From a virus (lineage: Duplodnaviria > Caudoviricetes): a stretch of DNA of 32,751 nucleotides. Location of the stretch: the IMG/VR virus record IMGVR_UViG_3300048855_000194, positions 1 to 32,751 of that record; one strand, given 5' to 3'. The notes under the pieces were generated by a model. The model had not been told where the DNA came from and searched no databases. It was given only the letters and a program-made list of their open reading frames with translations. The position numbers and the translations under genes are program-made. This document shows, one piece after another, positions 1-8,843 of this stretch. Position 1 is the first letter of the stretch, and every line of letters begins with the position of its first letter.

Positions 1-294
1 ATGCCCGGCCTGGTGATGATCGCTGCGGGCCTGTTCCTGACGGCCATCGACTTCGAGGGCGACTTCTCGCTGCAGTGGTGGTGGCTGTCGGTTCCGCTGA
101 TCGCCCTCGGCGTGCTGGTGAAGCTGGCTGGCCCGTGGTTCGCGTCCGCTGAAGACGACGCACGATTCTCTGCCGTCGACATGGACGTTGACGCTCACAC
201 TCCCGCGAGGGGCGCCGCGCTGCTGGGGGGCAGTGCGACGCCGGGGGGCTTCAGCGCCCCTCGCGGGCTCAACCCTGAGGAGACGGACCGATGA
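1..294 (+). CDS. Small membrane protein (2 hydrophobic segments)
   Basis: Hydrophobic N-terminal half; ATGA overlap with next gene; true start may lie outside the window. Confidence 0.7.
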   Translation: MPGLVMIAAGLFLTAIDFEGDFSLQWWWLSVPLIALGVLVKLAGPWFASAEDDARFSAVDMDVDAHTPARGAALLGGSATPGGFSAPRGLNPEETDR

Positions 295-584
295 GCCGTT
301 CGCTGACCTTCGACGCAGCACGCAACGTGCTGGCGTACGAGGGCGACCACAACCTCGGGGTCGATGGCGGGCACTTCGTGAACTGCCTGATCCGGACGAT
401 CGTCGCGGCCGACGAGGTCAACCTTGAGAAGATCCGCCGGGAGTTCCCGGAGCTGGTGCGTGCCGTGCAGGTGCGGAAGGAACGCGGCGGGGTCGAGTGG
501 CTGCGGTCGTTCGTGAAGGCGCAGCTGGATCGGCGTGACGCGGGTCTCGATTTTGAGTCGCTCATCGACGAGGTGGCGTCGTGA
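291..584 (+). CDS. Hypothetical phage protein
   Basis: GGAG RBS, 4-bp overlaps on both sides, GC3-rich codons. Confidence 0.8.
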   Translation: MSRSLTFDAARNVLAYEGDHNLGVDGGHFVNCLIRTIVAADEVNLEKIRREFPELVRAVQVRKERGGVEWLRSFVKAQLDRRDAGLDFESLIDEVAS

Positions 585-775
585 CCGCGCGGGTGAAGGT
601 ACGTGGGGTCCGGCGTGGGGCGCCGCGTCCCGTGCCGGCTGCGCGTCACGCGGTCCAGCCGGTGCGGGTGGTGTTCGTCACGTCGCTGCGGGAGCGGGCG
701 TGGATGGTGGTCGCTTCGGTGGCTGGTGGGATCGCGGCTGTCGCGTTCGGTGTCGGGATCGTGGTGATCCTGTGA
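581..775 (+). CDS. Small membrane protein (basic N-terminus, C-terminal TM helix)
   Basis: GAGG RBS, GTGA overlaps, hydrophobic C-terminus. Confidence 0.7.
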   Translation: MTARVKVRGVRRGAPRPVPAARHAVQPVRVVFVTSLRERAWMVVASVAGGIAAVAFGVGIVVIL

Positions 776-1308
776 CCCGGTTCATCGGTATCGACTACTC
801 GACGACATCGTGCGGTGTTGCCATCTACGACGATGAGCACAGCCGCTGGCAGGTGTTCACCCTGAAGTCGAAGTCGACTCCGGAGGCGTCTCTTCCGGAC
901 TACTACGAGCGGATCCGTGCGCTCGCTGACGACATCGTTTCGGCGGCTGATCCGCTGATCGGCGATGTGCTGGCGATCGAAGGGCTCGCATTCGCGGGGC
1001 GTGGATCATCCGTCGACCGGCTGCACTACGCGTGGCATCGGACGGTGGAGCGTCTGTCCCGGCATGTGTCCGGCGGGGTGCTGATCGTGACGACGAATCA
1101 GGTGAAGCAGCTCGCAACAGGGAAGGGCAACGCGGACAAAGACGCCGTGCTGCTCGCGACCGAGCGGCGGATCCCGCAGGCGCAGGTCCGCGGGAACGAC
1201 GAGGCGGATGCCGTGTGGATCGCGGTCGGCGCGTCGGTGCTTCACGGGGAACCCGTGATCGATCTGCCGGCGGCGCACATGCCGAAGGCGTGGAAGTCCG
1301 TCGCGTAG
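772..1308 (+). CDS. RuvC-like Holliday junction resolvase
   Basis: FIGIDYS (first catalytic D), LAIEG, KQLATGKGNADKD, NDEADA motifs; GTG start overlapping upstream TGA. Confidence 0.92.
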   Translation: MTRFIGIDYSTTSCGVAIYDDEHSRWQVFTLKSKSTPEASLPDYYERIRALADDIVSAADPLIGDVLAIEGLAFAGRGSSVDRLHYAWHRTVERLSRHVSGGVLIVTTNQVKQLATGKGNADKDAVLLATERRIPQAQVRGNDEADAVWIAVGASVLHGEPVIDLPAAHMPKAWKSVA

Positions 1309-1341
1309 AGGGCGCGGCGAGGAATCAGGAAGAGGGAACTG

Positions 1342-2220
1342 ATGAACGAGGGCATGCAGATCCCCGAGGTTGTGTCGGGGCGGTTCGTCCCGAACATGGC
1401 GGAGGAGGAGTACCACGCGCATTACGCGCTGTCGCAGACGGGGATGAAGGCGCTGCTGCGCTCCCCGCGCCACTTCCGGGCGATGCGGTCGATGAACAAG
1501 GCGCGGAAGGAGTTCAGCGTCGGTCACGCCGCGCACGCGCTCGTGCTGGGTGTGGGCGCGCCGATCGTCGAGATCCCCGCCGCGCTCCTCGACCGCAACG
1601 GGAACAAGACGACGAAGGCGGCGAAGGACTTCGAGGCGGAGGCGCTGGCCGAGGGCAAGACCGTGCTGAAGCCGTTCGACTACGCGAACGTACGGCGCGC
1701 GGCCGACGCGGTGCTGGGGAACGAGAAGGCGCGGAGCCTCCTCGAGCGTCCGGGTTTCACGGAGGTGTCCCTGTTCGCTACCGAGCCGGTCTCGGGCATC
1801 GACATCCGGGGCCGTCTCGACAAGCTCGTGATCGATGACGCCGGAGTGGTGCCGCTCGATCTGAAGTCCACGACGGACGTGACGCCGCGGAAGCTGACGA
1901 ACGCCATCGTCGACTTCGGTTACGACGTGCAGGGGTTCGTGTACCCGGAGCTCGTGCGGCTCGTTCTCGGTGTGGAGCCGGAGCCGTTCCATTTCATCTT
2001 CTTCGAGAAGGAGTTCCCGCACGACGTGCGGGTGGTCCGCATGGGCGACCCCGCGTGGCGTGCCGGCGGGGAGATGAAGATGCGTGCCGCGCTCGACCTG
2101 TACGCGTGGTGCCAGGAGCAGGGTGTGTGGCCTGGTGACGACGAGGACGGCGGGCCGATCCAGGATCTGCCGGCGCCGGGTTGGTACAAGGCGCAGACGG
2201 ATGTCGAGGTGCTCGCATGA
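1342..2220 (+). CDS. RecE / exonuclease VIII-like PD-(D/E)XK exonuclease (DUF3799-like)
   Basis: EEYHA..LSQTGMK.LL.SP.HF, G.AAHALVL, IRGRLD, DLKST, GYDVQ..Y motifs. Confidence 0.9.
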   Translation: MNEGMQIPEVVSGRFVPNMAEEEYHAHYALSQTGMKALLRSPRHFRAMRSMNKARKEFSVGHAAHALVLGVGAPIVEIPAALLDRNGNKTTKAAKDFEAEALAEGKTVLKPFDYANVRRAADAVLGNEKARSLLERPGFTEVSLFATEPVSGIDIRGRLDKLVIDDAGVVPLDLKSTTDVTPRKLTNAIVDFGYDVQGFVYPELVRLVLGVEPEPFHFIFFEKEFPHDVRVVRMGDPAWRAGGEMKMRAALDLYAWCQEQGVWPGDDEDGGPIQDLPAPGWYKAQTDVEVLA

Positions 2221-3089
2221 CCGGGGAAGCGCACGGAACGGAGGTCGCCACGCGTGACCAGGTGGCCGGTGACGTGTCCCGCCAGTTCGAGGGTGCGTCC
2301 GAGCCGATCGTGACGTTCCTGGTCGACCTGCAGGTCGCATATGCGATCGCGCAACGCCTGGTGTCCACCTCGTTCGTGCCGCAGTCGTACCAGAACAAGC
2401 CGCAGGAGGCGGCGGCCGCGATCGTCGCGGGGCAGGGTATCGGGCTGGGTCCGATGGAGGCTCTCCGGTCGATCGACATCATCCAGGGGACTCCGGCGAT
2501 CCGCGCGATCGCGATGCGGGCGCTGGTGGTCGGGAACGGTCACGAGATGTGGGTGGAGGAACAGACCCCGACTCGCGCGGTCGTCGCCGGGAAGCGGCAG
2601 GGCTCCGACAAGGTGCAGCGGTCGGAGTGGGATCTGGACCGCGCGCGCGGCTTGAACCTGCTCGGAAAGGACAACTGGAAGAAGCAGCCGTCCGCGATGC
2701 TCGTCGCGCGAGCGACGTCGGAATGTGCACGGCTGATCGCTCCTGATGCGCTGCTGGGTATCCCGTACTCGTCGGAGGAACTGCAGGACTCGGACGACTT
2801 CCAGTCGGCTCCTGAGCGTGCGCCGCGTCGGTCGGCGGGTATCTCGACTGTGGCGTCGCGTGCGCGTGCGGCGGCGTCCGCCGAGGCGACGACGCCTGAC
2901 GTGCCCGTTGTGGCGGCAGAGAGTCCCACACAGCCGGACGTGGACGGTTCCGCCGCCGAGGTGGAGATGTTCCCGTGCGCGCGGTGCGGGAAGCCAGAGG
3001 CGCCCGAAGAGGGTGCGATCTGCGCGACGTGTGAGGACCAGATCGAGGCGGAGATCGCAGCGGTGAAGGCAGAGGAGGGGCGGGCGTGA
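2217..3089 (+). CDS. RecT-like ssDNA annealing protein with C-terminal C4 zinc finger
   Basis: Follows RecE-like gene; FVPQSYQNKP..G..IGL.PM.AL.SI.II.G.P and NWKKQP.AML.ARA..CAR..APD.LLG.PY..EE motifs; ATG at 2217 overlaps upstream stop. Confidence 0.8.
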   Translation: MTGEAHGTEVATRDQVAGDVSRQFEGASEPIVTFLVDLQVAYAIAQRLVSTSFVPQSYQNKPQEAAAAIVAGQGIGLGPMEALRSIDIIQGTPAIRAIAMRALVVGNGHEMWVEEQTPTRAVVAGKRQGSDKVQRSEWDLDRARGLNLLGKDNWKKQPSAMLVARATSECARLIAPDALLGIPYSSEELQDSDDFQSAPERAPRRSAGISTVASRARAAASAEATTPDVPVVAAESPTQPDVDGSAAEVEMFPCARCGKPEAPEEGAICATCEDQIEAEIAAVKAEEGRA

Positions 3090-3292
3090 ACGAGCGACCG
3101 AAGCGGCTGGTGTCGGTCGCGGCATCCACCGTTCAGAAGGCGGACCTCCTCGACCTGGGCGCCGGGCCATCGAAGGTGACCGACAACACGCGAGGCGCGA
3201 ACGGTCAACGGTACGTGGAGGTGGTCACCGAGGGTGGCGCGCCGATCGTGCACGAGTTCGATCCGACGCAGAAGGTGAGCGTCTGGCGGTGA
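3086..3292 (+). CDS. Hypothetical phage protein
   Basis: GGAGG RBS, GTGA overlaps. Confidence 0.75.
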   Translation: MNERPKRLVSVAASTVQKADLLDLGAGPSKVTDNTRGANGQRYVEVVTEGGAPIVHEFDPTQKVSVWR

Positions 3293-3891
3293 GTGAGATT
3301 CAGGAGCTGCGGGTGCTGACGGTTCGACAGCCGTGGGCGTGGGCGATCATCCACGGGGGGAAGGACGTCGAGAACCGGGCACGGAACATTGCCGGCGCCT
3401 ACAGGGGAGCGGTCGCGATCCACGTCGCGCTCCGCGATGACGACGAATGGGACGAGCGCGACGCGCACGCGTTCATCGGCGTCTGCCCTTTCCAGGACGC
3501 ACCGACGCACAACCGGTTCGGGTGCACATGGTGTCGGGAGGTCGCCCCACTGACGTGGAAGCAGCACGGCCACATCATCGGCGTCGTCGACCTCACCGAC
3601 GTCCATGACGTCCATGCATGCATCTCGAACGATGACGACTACCGCACATGCTCGCCGTGGGCCGAAGCGGAAGACCTCGACTCCGTGCACATGGTGCTCG
3701 CGAACCCGCGTGCGCTAGTCGACCCGATCCCGTGGAAGGGCGCGCTCGGGCTCCGCAAGACGAACCTGTTCGTCACCGGCGACTGGATCGGTGAGCACGT
3801 TCAGCCAAACCACGGCATGTGCACGCCGTACGGGTGCCCGCCCTCGTGCTACTCCGAGCCCGTCGCGCAGCTGCAGGCGGTGACCTCGTGA
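3289..3891 (+). CDS. ASCH (PUA-like) domain protein with Cys/His-rich inserts
   Basis: LTVRQPWAWAIIHGGKDVENR ... YRG.VAIH ... G.IIGVV.L.DV ... PIPWKG.LGL signature. Confidence 0.88.
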   Translation: MSEIQELRVLTVRQPWAWAIIHGGKDVENRARNIAGAYRGAVAIHVALRDDDEWDERDAHAFIGVCPFQDAPTHNRFGCTWCREVAPLTWKQHGHIIGVVDLTDVHDVHACISNDDDYRTCSPWAEAEDLDSVHMVLANPRALVDPIPWKGALGLRKTNLFVTGDWIGEHVQPNHGMCTPYGCPPSCYSEPVAQLQAVTS

Positions 3892-4355
3892 GCGTCGTGC
3901 AGAGGGTCGAGGGTGTGCTCGTGTGGCCGTCGGGGGAACGCGTCGACTTCGACTCGATCGAGGCGTACACGGAGGAAGCACGCGCCATCGCGCACCCCCT
4001 CGACGACCGGGAGATCCGCACCCCGGACTGGGCGATGCAGGCGCTCGCGGAGGTGTCGCGGTGGTCGGCGCGGATGATCATCGTCATCGCGGCGGCCGAG
4101 GAGCTGAAGCGGGAAGCGTCGACCGAGCTCGCCGAGAAGAAGGCACAGGCCGTGATCGACACGGCGCACTTCCCCGCACGGGAGCAGGCGTCGCGGGTGC
4201 TGCTGAAGGTCATCGAGGAGCGCCGCGCGTACGACCGGGCGGTGATCGCGTTCGAGAAGGCGCGCCGCGTCGGGAATCTCCTTTCGGACTACACGGGCCG
4301 GGTCCAGTCGATCGCGAACCTCGTGAAGCTCACCTACACGCAGGGCGGTGCGTGA
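3888..4355 (+). CDS. Hypothetical alpha-helical phage protein
   Basis: GTG start overlapping upstream TGA; coiled/helical composition. Confidence 0.75.
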   Translation: MSVVQRVEGVLVWPSGERVDFDSIEAYTEEARAIAHPLDDREIRTPDWAMQALAEVSRWSARMIIVIAAAEELKREASTELAEKKAQAVIDTAHFPAREQASRVLLKVIEERRAYDRAVIAFEKARRVGNLLSDYTGRVQSIANLVKLTYTQGGA

Positions 4356-4756
4356 TGACCGCCGAGTTCACCGCGAAGCAGGTCCGCACGATGTTCTTCG
4401 AGCGGGAAGAGCAGGCGTGCTTCTACTGCCGCCGGTCTCTCGCATGGTCGCTGCGGGGCTCGATGCTCTCCGGCGGGTGGTCGCTGCATCACCGGAAGGG
4501 TCGCGGGATGGGTGGCACCCGTGAGCACATGACGTTCCCGCACGGGCTGGTGCTGTGCGGGACCGGGACGACGGGGTGCCACGGGTGGGTGACGGAGAAC
4601 CCGGAGGAAGCGTTCAAGTACGGGTTGTGCGTCCCGAAGAACGCGACGACCCCCGAGTTCGCTCCGGTGAACGTCCGGGTCCGGGATAAGGCCGGCCGAT
4701 GGTTCCTGCTCACACAGGACGGGCGGCGCGTGGAAGTCGAAGGGGGCAACTCGTGA
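4355..4756 (+). CDS. HNH endonuclease
   Basis: CFYC ... LHHRKGRGMGG ... LVLCGTGTTGCHGWV; start 4352 (GTG) or 4355 (ATG). Confidence 0.88.
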   Translation: MTAEFTAKQVRTMFFEREEQACFYCRRSLAWSLRGSMLSGGWSLHHRKGRGMGGTREHMTFPHGLVLCGTGTTGCHGWVTENPEEAFKYGLCVPKNATTPEFAPVNVRVRDKAGRWFLLTQDGRRVEVEGGNS

Positions 4757-5424
4757 GCGTGCGGATCATGAACTGGGCTTGGCACGACCCGGCGACGCAG
4801 CACCTGCGGGGGAACGCAGCGATGGCGCTCCTGGCGCTCGCGGACATCGCTGACGACGACGGGCATGTGGTCTACGCGAAGGGCGCGAAGCGGTCGCAGG
4901 AGTCGCTGGCGAAGAAGGCTCGGATGTCGGTGGCGACGTTCCGGCGGGTGACTCAGGATCTCGCCGAGCAGGGGTTCCTCGAGATCACTCGGGAGTCGCC
5001 GCGGTCGGAGAATGAGTACCGCGTGATGGTGACCGCTCAATCTGAGCGCTCACAGGTGAGCGGTCAAACCGTCGAAAATGAGCGGTCAGAGCGCTCACTA
5101 TTGAGCGGTCACCCCTCTTATAGACGTAGTGACGTAGATGACGTAGCGCGCAAGCGCGCTTCCCGCATCCCTGACCCCTTCGTGGTCACAGCTGAGATGC
5201 GTGCATGGGCCGCCCTGGAAGTCCCCGGGTTGGACGTTGACGGGCACACACGCGAGTTCGTCGATTACTGGCGGGCGAAGTCGGGGAAGGACGCGTCGAA
5301 GGCTGATTGGGTCGCGACGTGGCGGAACTGGATGCGTCGCGCGCACCGCTGGGGGAAGCCTGCGGAGTCGCCGGCTACTGAGGCGTACGCGCCCGGTGAC
5401 GAGTGGATGGTGTTCAACCGATGA
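4753..5424 (+). CDS. Replication initiator (N-terminal HTH, C-terminal DnaT-like domain)
   Basis: LLALADIADDDG..SQESLAKKARMSVATFRR..L...GFL; C-terminal FVDYW..KADW.ATWRNW; internal iteron array; upstream of helicase. Confidence 0.85.
   Translation: MSVRIMNWAWHDPATQHLRGNAAMALLALADIADDDGHVVYAKGAKRSQESLAKKARMSVATFRRVTQDLAEQGFLEITRESPRSENEYRVMVTAQSERSQVSGQTVENERSERSLLSGHPSYRRSDVDDVARKRASRIPDPFVVTAEMRAWAALEVPGLDVDGHTREFVDYWRAKSGKDASKADWVATWRNWMRRAHRWGKPAESPATEAYAPGDEWMVFNR
5029..5160. repeat. Iteron array / probable replication origin inside initiator gene
   Basis: Six copies of TGAGCG(G/C)TCA-type 10-mer (5030 inverted, 5043, 5057, 5079, 5088, 5102), then CTCTTATAG and 3x GACGTAG (5123, 5131, 5140). 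Confidence 0.8.
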
Positions 5425-6623
5425 ACGTCGAGGGCCTGTCGCCGTCGGCCGCTGCTGAGCGGTTCGTACTTGGCGCGCTGATGAAGGAACCCGCGGTGCT
5501 GCGGGAGGTGCAGGAGCGGGTTATGCCCCGCGACTTCGAGGATCTGCGACTCGGGTCGATCTACGCGGGGATCTGCCGGATGGGTGCGGATGGGGAACCG
5601 ATCGACTACCTGTCCGTGTATGACCACCTGGCGTCGTGGGATGTGCGGGGTCTGGAGCTCGGGAACCTGGCGGGGTGGGAACGTGACGTGCCGACTGCGG
5701 CGAACGTCGCCTACTACGCGAACCTGGTGCGCGAGGCGGCGATGGGGCGTGCGGTGCGTGAGGTCGCATTGCGGCTCGGGGACGCGTCGGATGTGGGGCC
5801 GGCGATGCAACGGGCGATCTCGGACCTGATCGAGATCCGCGACCGGGACGCGGTCGGTGCGGCGCGTGTCCGGATGCTGCGTGACGTGCTCGACGTGCCG
5901 GAGCAGGAGGACGTGTACGACTGGGTGATCCCGGACGTGCTCGAGCGTCGCGACCGGCTGATGCTGACTGGGTCTGAAGGTGGCGGGAAGTCGACGATGT
6001 TGCGGCAGATGGCGTTGCTGTCCGCCGCCGGCATCCACCCGTTCAACTTCACGGACATTCAGCCGACGCGGGTTCTGGTGGTGGATGCGGAGAACAGTGA
6101 GCGGCAGTGGCGGCGTGCGACGCGGGGTATGGCGGACACGGCCGCGATGCAGGGGCGCCGTGACCCGAGGGATTTCGTCGCGATCGAGACGGTGAAGTCG
6201 ATCGATATCACCCGCCCGGCGGATCTCGCGGCGATTCACCGTCGCATGGATGAGGTGGTCCCGGATCTGCTGCTGATCGGCCCGCTGTATCGGCTGGTGC
6301 CGCGCGCGATCCAGTCCGACGATGACGCGGCGCCCGTGTTGGCGGCGTTGGACAGTCTCCGGGATCGGGATGTGGCGATGCTGATCGAGGCTCACGCGGG
6401 GCATGCGGGTTCGGCGCAGGGTGAGCGTGATCTGCGGCCCCGGGGGTCGTCGGCGCTGCTCGGGTGGCCCGAGTTCGGTCTGGGTCTGCGTAGGGAGAAG
6501 GCCGTCCATAACGGGGTGGTGCGGTTCTCGCTGACGCGTTGGCGAGGCGACCGGGATCGCCGCGATTGGCCTACGAAGTTCGTTCGCGGTCAGGTGTGGC
6601 CGTGGGAGCCCACCTTCGGGTGA
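5421..6623 (+). CDS. DnaB-like replicative helicase (DnaB N-terminal domain + SF4/AAA_25-type ATPase)
   Basis: AERFVLGALM..PRDF...VPTAANVAYYA.LVRE N-domain; Walker A GSEGGGKST; VLVVDAEN; LRPRGSS. Confidence 0.9.
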   Translation: MNVEGLSPSAAAERFVLGALMKEPAVLREVQERVMPRDFEDLRLGSIYAGICRMGADGEPIDYLSVYDHLASWDVRGLELGNLAGWERDVPTAANVAYYANLVREAAMGRAVREVALRLGDASDVGPAMQRAISDLIEIRDRDAVGAARVRMLRDVLDVPEQEDVYDWVIPDVLERRDRLMLTGSEGGGKSTMLRQMALLSAAGIHPFNFTDIQPTRVLVVDAENSERQWRRATRGMADTAAMQGRRDPRDFVAIETVKSIDITRPADLAAIHRRMDEVVPDLLLIGPLYRLVPRAIQSDDDAAPVLAALDSLRDRDVAMLIEAHAGHAGSAQGERDLRPRGSSALLGWPEFGLGLRREKAVHNGVVRFSLTRWRGDRDRRDWPTKFVRGQVWPWEPTFG

Positions 6624-6641
6624 GGGAAGGGGAAGAGGGGA

Positions 6642-6866
6642 ATGGCAACTGTGAGGCCGCGGCGTCTGGTGGACGCTGTCGATGATCTGCGGGCGGAGAT
6701 TCGCACGGCGAATCTGATTGCCGTGTTGACGGCTCCGGTCGCGACGTTGGAGGACTTCGACTTGTCGAAGCCGACGTCGCCGGGGACGCGTGCACGGCAT
6801 GAGGTGCGGAACCGGTTGAAGGCGGAGGTTCGCGCGCAGCTGGGGATCGGAGAAGACGATGTGTGA
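6642..6866 (+). CDS. Hypothetical phage protein
   Basis: Purine-rich RBS, operon context. Confidence 0.75.
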   Translation: MATVRPRRLVDAVDDLRAEIRTANLIAVLTAPVATLEDFDLSKPTSPGTRARHEVRNRLKAEVRAQLGIGEDDV

Positions 6867-7128
6867 GATCGATCACCACGCGTCGGCGAAGGATTCTTTG
6901 CTGAGTGCCGAGCGTGTCCAGCGACGCCCGAATGTCGCCGCGATGCTCATCGCTGTGGCGCAGGTTCACGCGACGCTCGAACTCGCTGAGCAGCAGAAGA
7001 ACGCGAACCTCATCGCGATGGGCGCGAACGCCGCTCGCATGGTTGCGGAGGGGACGGCGGCGACCCACGAATACGTCGCCCTGATCGAACAGATCAACCC
7101 AGAGGTCAGAGAGGGGCTGGGGCTATGA
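6859..7128 (+). CDS. Hypothetical phage protein
   Basis: GGAG RBS, overlaps with neighbours. Confidence 0.75.
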   Translation: MCEIDHHASAKDSLLSAERVQRRPNVAAMLIAVAQVHATLELAEQQKNANLIAMGANAARMVAEGTAATHEYVALIEQINPEVREGLGL

Positions 7129-7502
7129 GCATCGAGCAGCAGGTGACGGTCGAGGTGCTGTCGGTCGATGTGGCCGACGACTATTCGATCGAGATCATGG
7201 CACGGGATGTGCTGACGGGCGATGAGGCGACGGTGAACCTGTCGTGGGATGAGGCGCACGCGCATGTCGATGAGGTGCTCGCGACGATCGCGCAGGCTCA
7301 GCGGGCGTTCGAGGAGGACCGGGTCGCTGCGGTCACGCACCGGCCGTCGGTGAACGGGTTCGACCGGGATGTGCCGGTCTGTCAGGACTGTTCGCAGGGG
7401 AAGCATGGTGCGTGCATCGGGTCCGCGTTCGTGGAGAACGGGCCGGATCTGGACGAGGTCGCGTGCAGGTGCACCGCTGACGGGCATCGGGGGCGGTCAT
7501 GA
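7125..7502 (+). CDS. Hypothetical protein with C-terminal Cys/His cluster
   Basis: CQDC..GKHGAC...CRC...GH; ATGA overlaps. Confidence 0.75.
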   Translation: MSIEQQVTVEVLSVDVADDYSIEIMARDVLTGDEATVNLSWDEAHAHVDEVLATIAQAQRAFEEDRVAAVTHRPSVNGFDRDVPVCQDCSQGKHGACIGSAFVENGPDLDEVACRCTADGHRGRS

Positions 7503-7813
7503 CCACCCCGACGCTGTCTCCGGATGAGCTCGCGCGTGTGAACGGGTTCGGTCTCCACGATGAGGAACAGATCCGCCTCATGGAGGAGCATCTCAACGAT
7601 GTCGTCGCGTGCTGCATTGCGGAATGCGACGCGGCGGCCGTTCTGACCCTGAAGACCAGATGTTGCAGGGCTTCGGCGAACTTCTGCGCAGGACATTACG
7701 CGGTGAAGCGGATCGGGTGGCCAAGGGTCTTCGAGACCGTGTGTGCGGACTGTGAGCACGCGTTCGTGATGTATCCGGCGTTCGACGAGGTCTTCTCGGT
7801 GGTGTCGCTGTGA
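7499..7813 (+). CDS. Cys-rich hypothetical protein
   Basis: Multiple Cys pairs (CCIAEC, CC, FCAGH, CADC); 4-bp overlaps. Confidence 0.72.
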   Translation: MTTPTLSPDELARVNGFGLHDEEQIRLMEEHLNDVVACCIAECDAAAVLTLKTRCCRASANFCAGHYAVKRIGWPRVFETVCADCEHAFVMYPAFDEVFSVVSL

Positions 7814-8037
7814 GCGCGTCAAAGTCGATCGCGCCGTCTGATCTGCGTGAGGTTGCCGAACCACCCCGGAAGCGAACCGGCCGGTGGGTGGTCGGTGACC
7901 CGGTGAATGTCGGTCGGGTCCGGTGGATCATCCGGTCCCTCCGCGGGTCGGATGTGGAGCTCGAAGCGTCGAACGCGTCCTGCGGGATGTGGTGGCGCAC
8001 CACACTCGACCGTCTCCCCCAGAAGGGCGTGCGATGA
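7810..8037 (+). CDS. Hypothetical phage protein
   Basis: GTGA/ATGA overlaps. Confidence 0.7.
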   Translation: MSASKSIAPSDLREVAEPPRKRTGRWVVGDPVNVGRVRWIIRSLRGSDVELEASNASCGMWWRTTLDRLPQKGVR

Positions 8038-8816
8038 CCATCCCTCTCGACGCGATCGACCCGGAGGTACACACCCTCCGGTGGCGGCGGTCGTTCGAGC
8101 ACCACCTGGATCTCGTCCCGCCAGTCATGGACGCTGTCGTGTCGGCCACGATCCCGCACATCCCCGCGGGACGGTTCGATCAGGACAAGGTGACGGGCGG
8201 GGGCGTCGTCGACAACATGACCGCGTTCCTCCGCGGTGTGGACGTCGATGACACTGGCCGCATCACGGATGTGGGCGCCGCGGCCGACGCGCAGCACCTG
8301 TGGTGGTGGGTGGTGTCCTTCACGAGGGCGGTCCTGTCGAACGTGAAGGTGGTCCGGTCGGTCCCGGACCTGCCGGAGAAACCGAACGCGGACCCGCTCA
8401 CGGCCCGCGCGGACGCGCTCCTGATCATCGGGTGGCTGATCGACCACGCCGACCAGATCGAGCAGCTCACCGTCTACCAGGACGACATCGACGAGATGTT
8501 CCAGGAGATCCGGCACCTGCGGGGGAAGTACGGGGTCCATGAGCGTCCCCGCCGGCCCCGTGCACGGTGCGCGATCTGCGGGACCGTGTCGGTGGTCGTG
8601 ACGTGGGTGGACGGCCCGCACGGTTCCCCGAAGCCCGTGAAGGCGGGTAAATGCCGGGAGTGTGGCCAGGAGTACCGGGAACCGGTTGAGCCCGTCAACG
8701 AGGTGCACACGGGCGGGCGTGAGGTGCTGTCACCGGAGTGCGCGGATCTCATGCACGAGATGTGCAAGTCGATGCACTGCGAATGCCACTGCCACGAGCT
8801 CAGAGCCGCGGCGTAG
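8034..8816 (+). CDS. Helical + zinc-ribbon protein, possible transcriptional regulator
   Basis: ATG 8034 with GAAGGG RBS; WLIDHAD...EI..LR then CAIC...CREC ribbon and C-terminal C/H cluster. Confidence 0.75.
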   Translation: MTIPLDAIDPEVHTLRWRRSFEHHLDLVPPVMDAVVSATIPHIPAGRFDQDKVTGGGVVDNMTAFLRGVDVDDTGRITDVGAAADAQHLWWWVVSFTRAVLSNVKVVRSVPDLPEKPNADPLTARADALLIIGWLIDHADQIEQLTVYQDDIDEMFQEIRHLRGKYGVHERPRRPRARCAICGTVSVVVTWVDGPHGSPKPVKAGKCRECGQEYREPVEPVNEVHTGGREVLSPECADLMHEMCKSMHCECHCHELRAAA

Positions 8817-8843
8817 CGCCGCGCAGATGAAGGGAAGAGGGAA

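Noticed and set aside
5043-5054. TGAGCGCTCACA resembles the symmetric lac operator core
   Set aside because: It lacks the AATTG flanks and is one member of the local iteron family, so it is not vector contamination
8807-8823. Hairpin CGCGGCG-TAG-CGCCGCG at the end of the 8034-8816 gene
   Set aside because: Short all-GC stem with a 3-nt loop and no U-tract; likely by chance at this GC content
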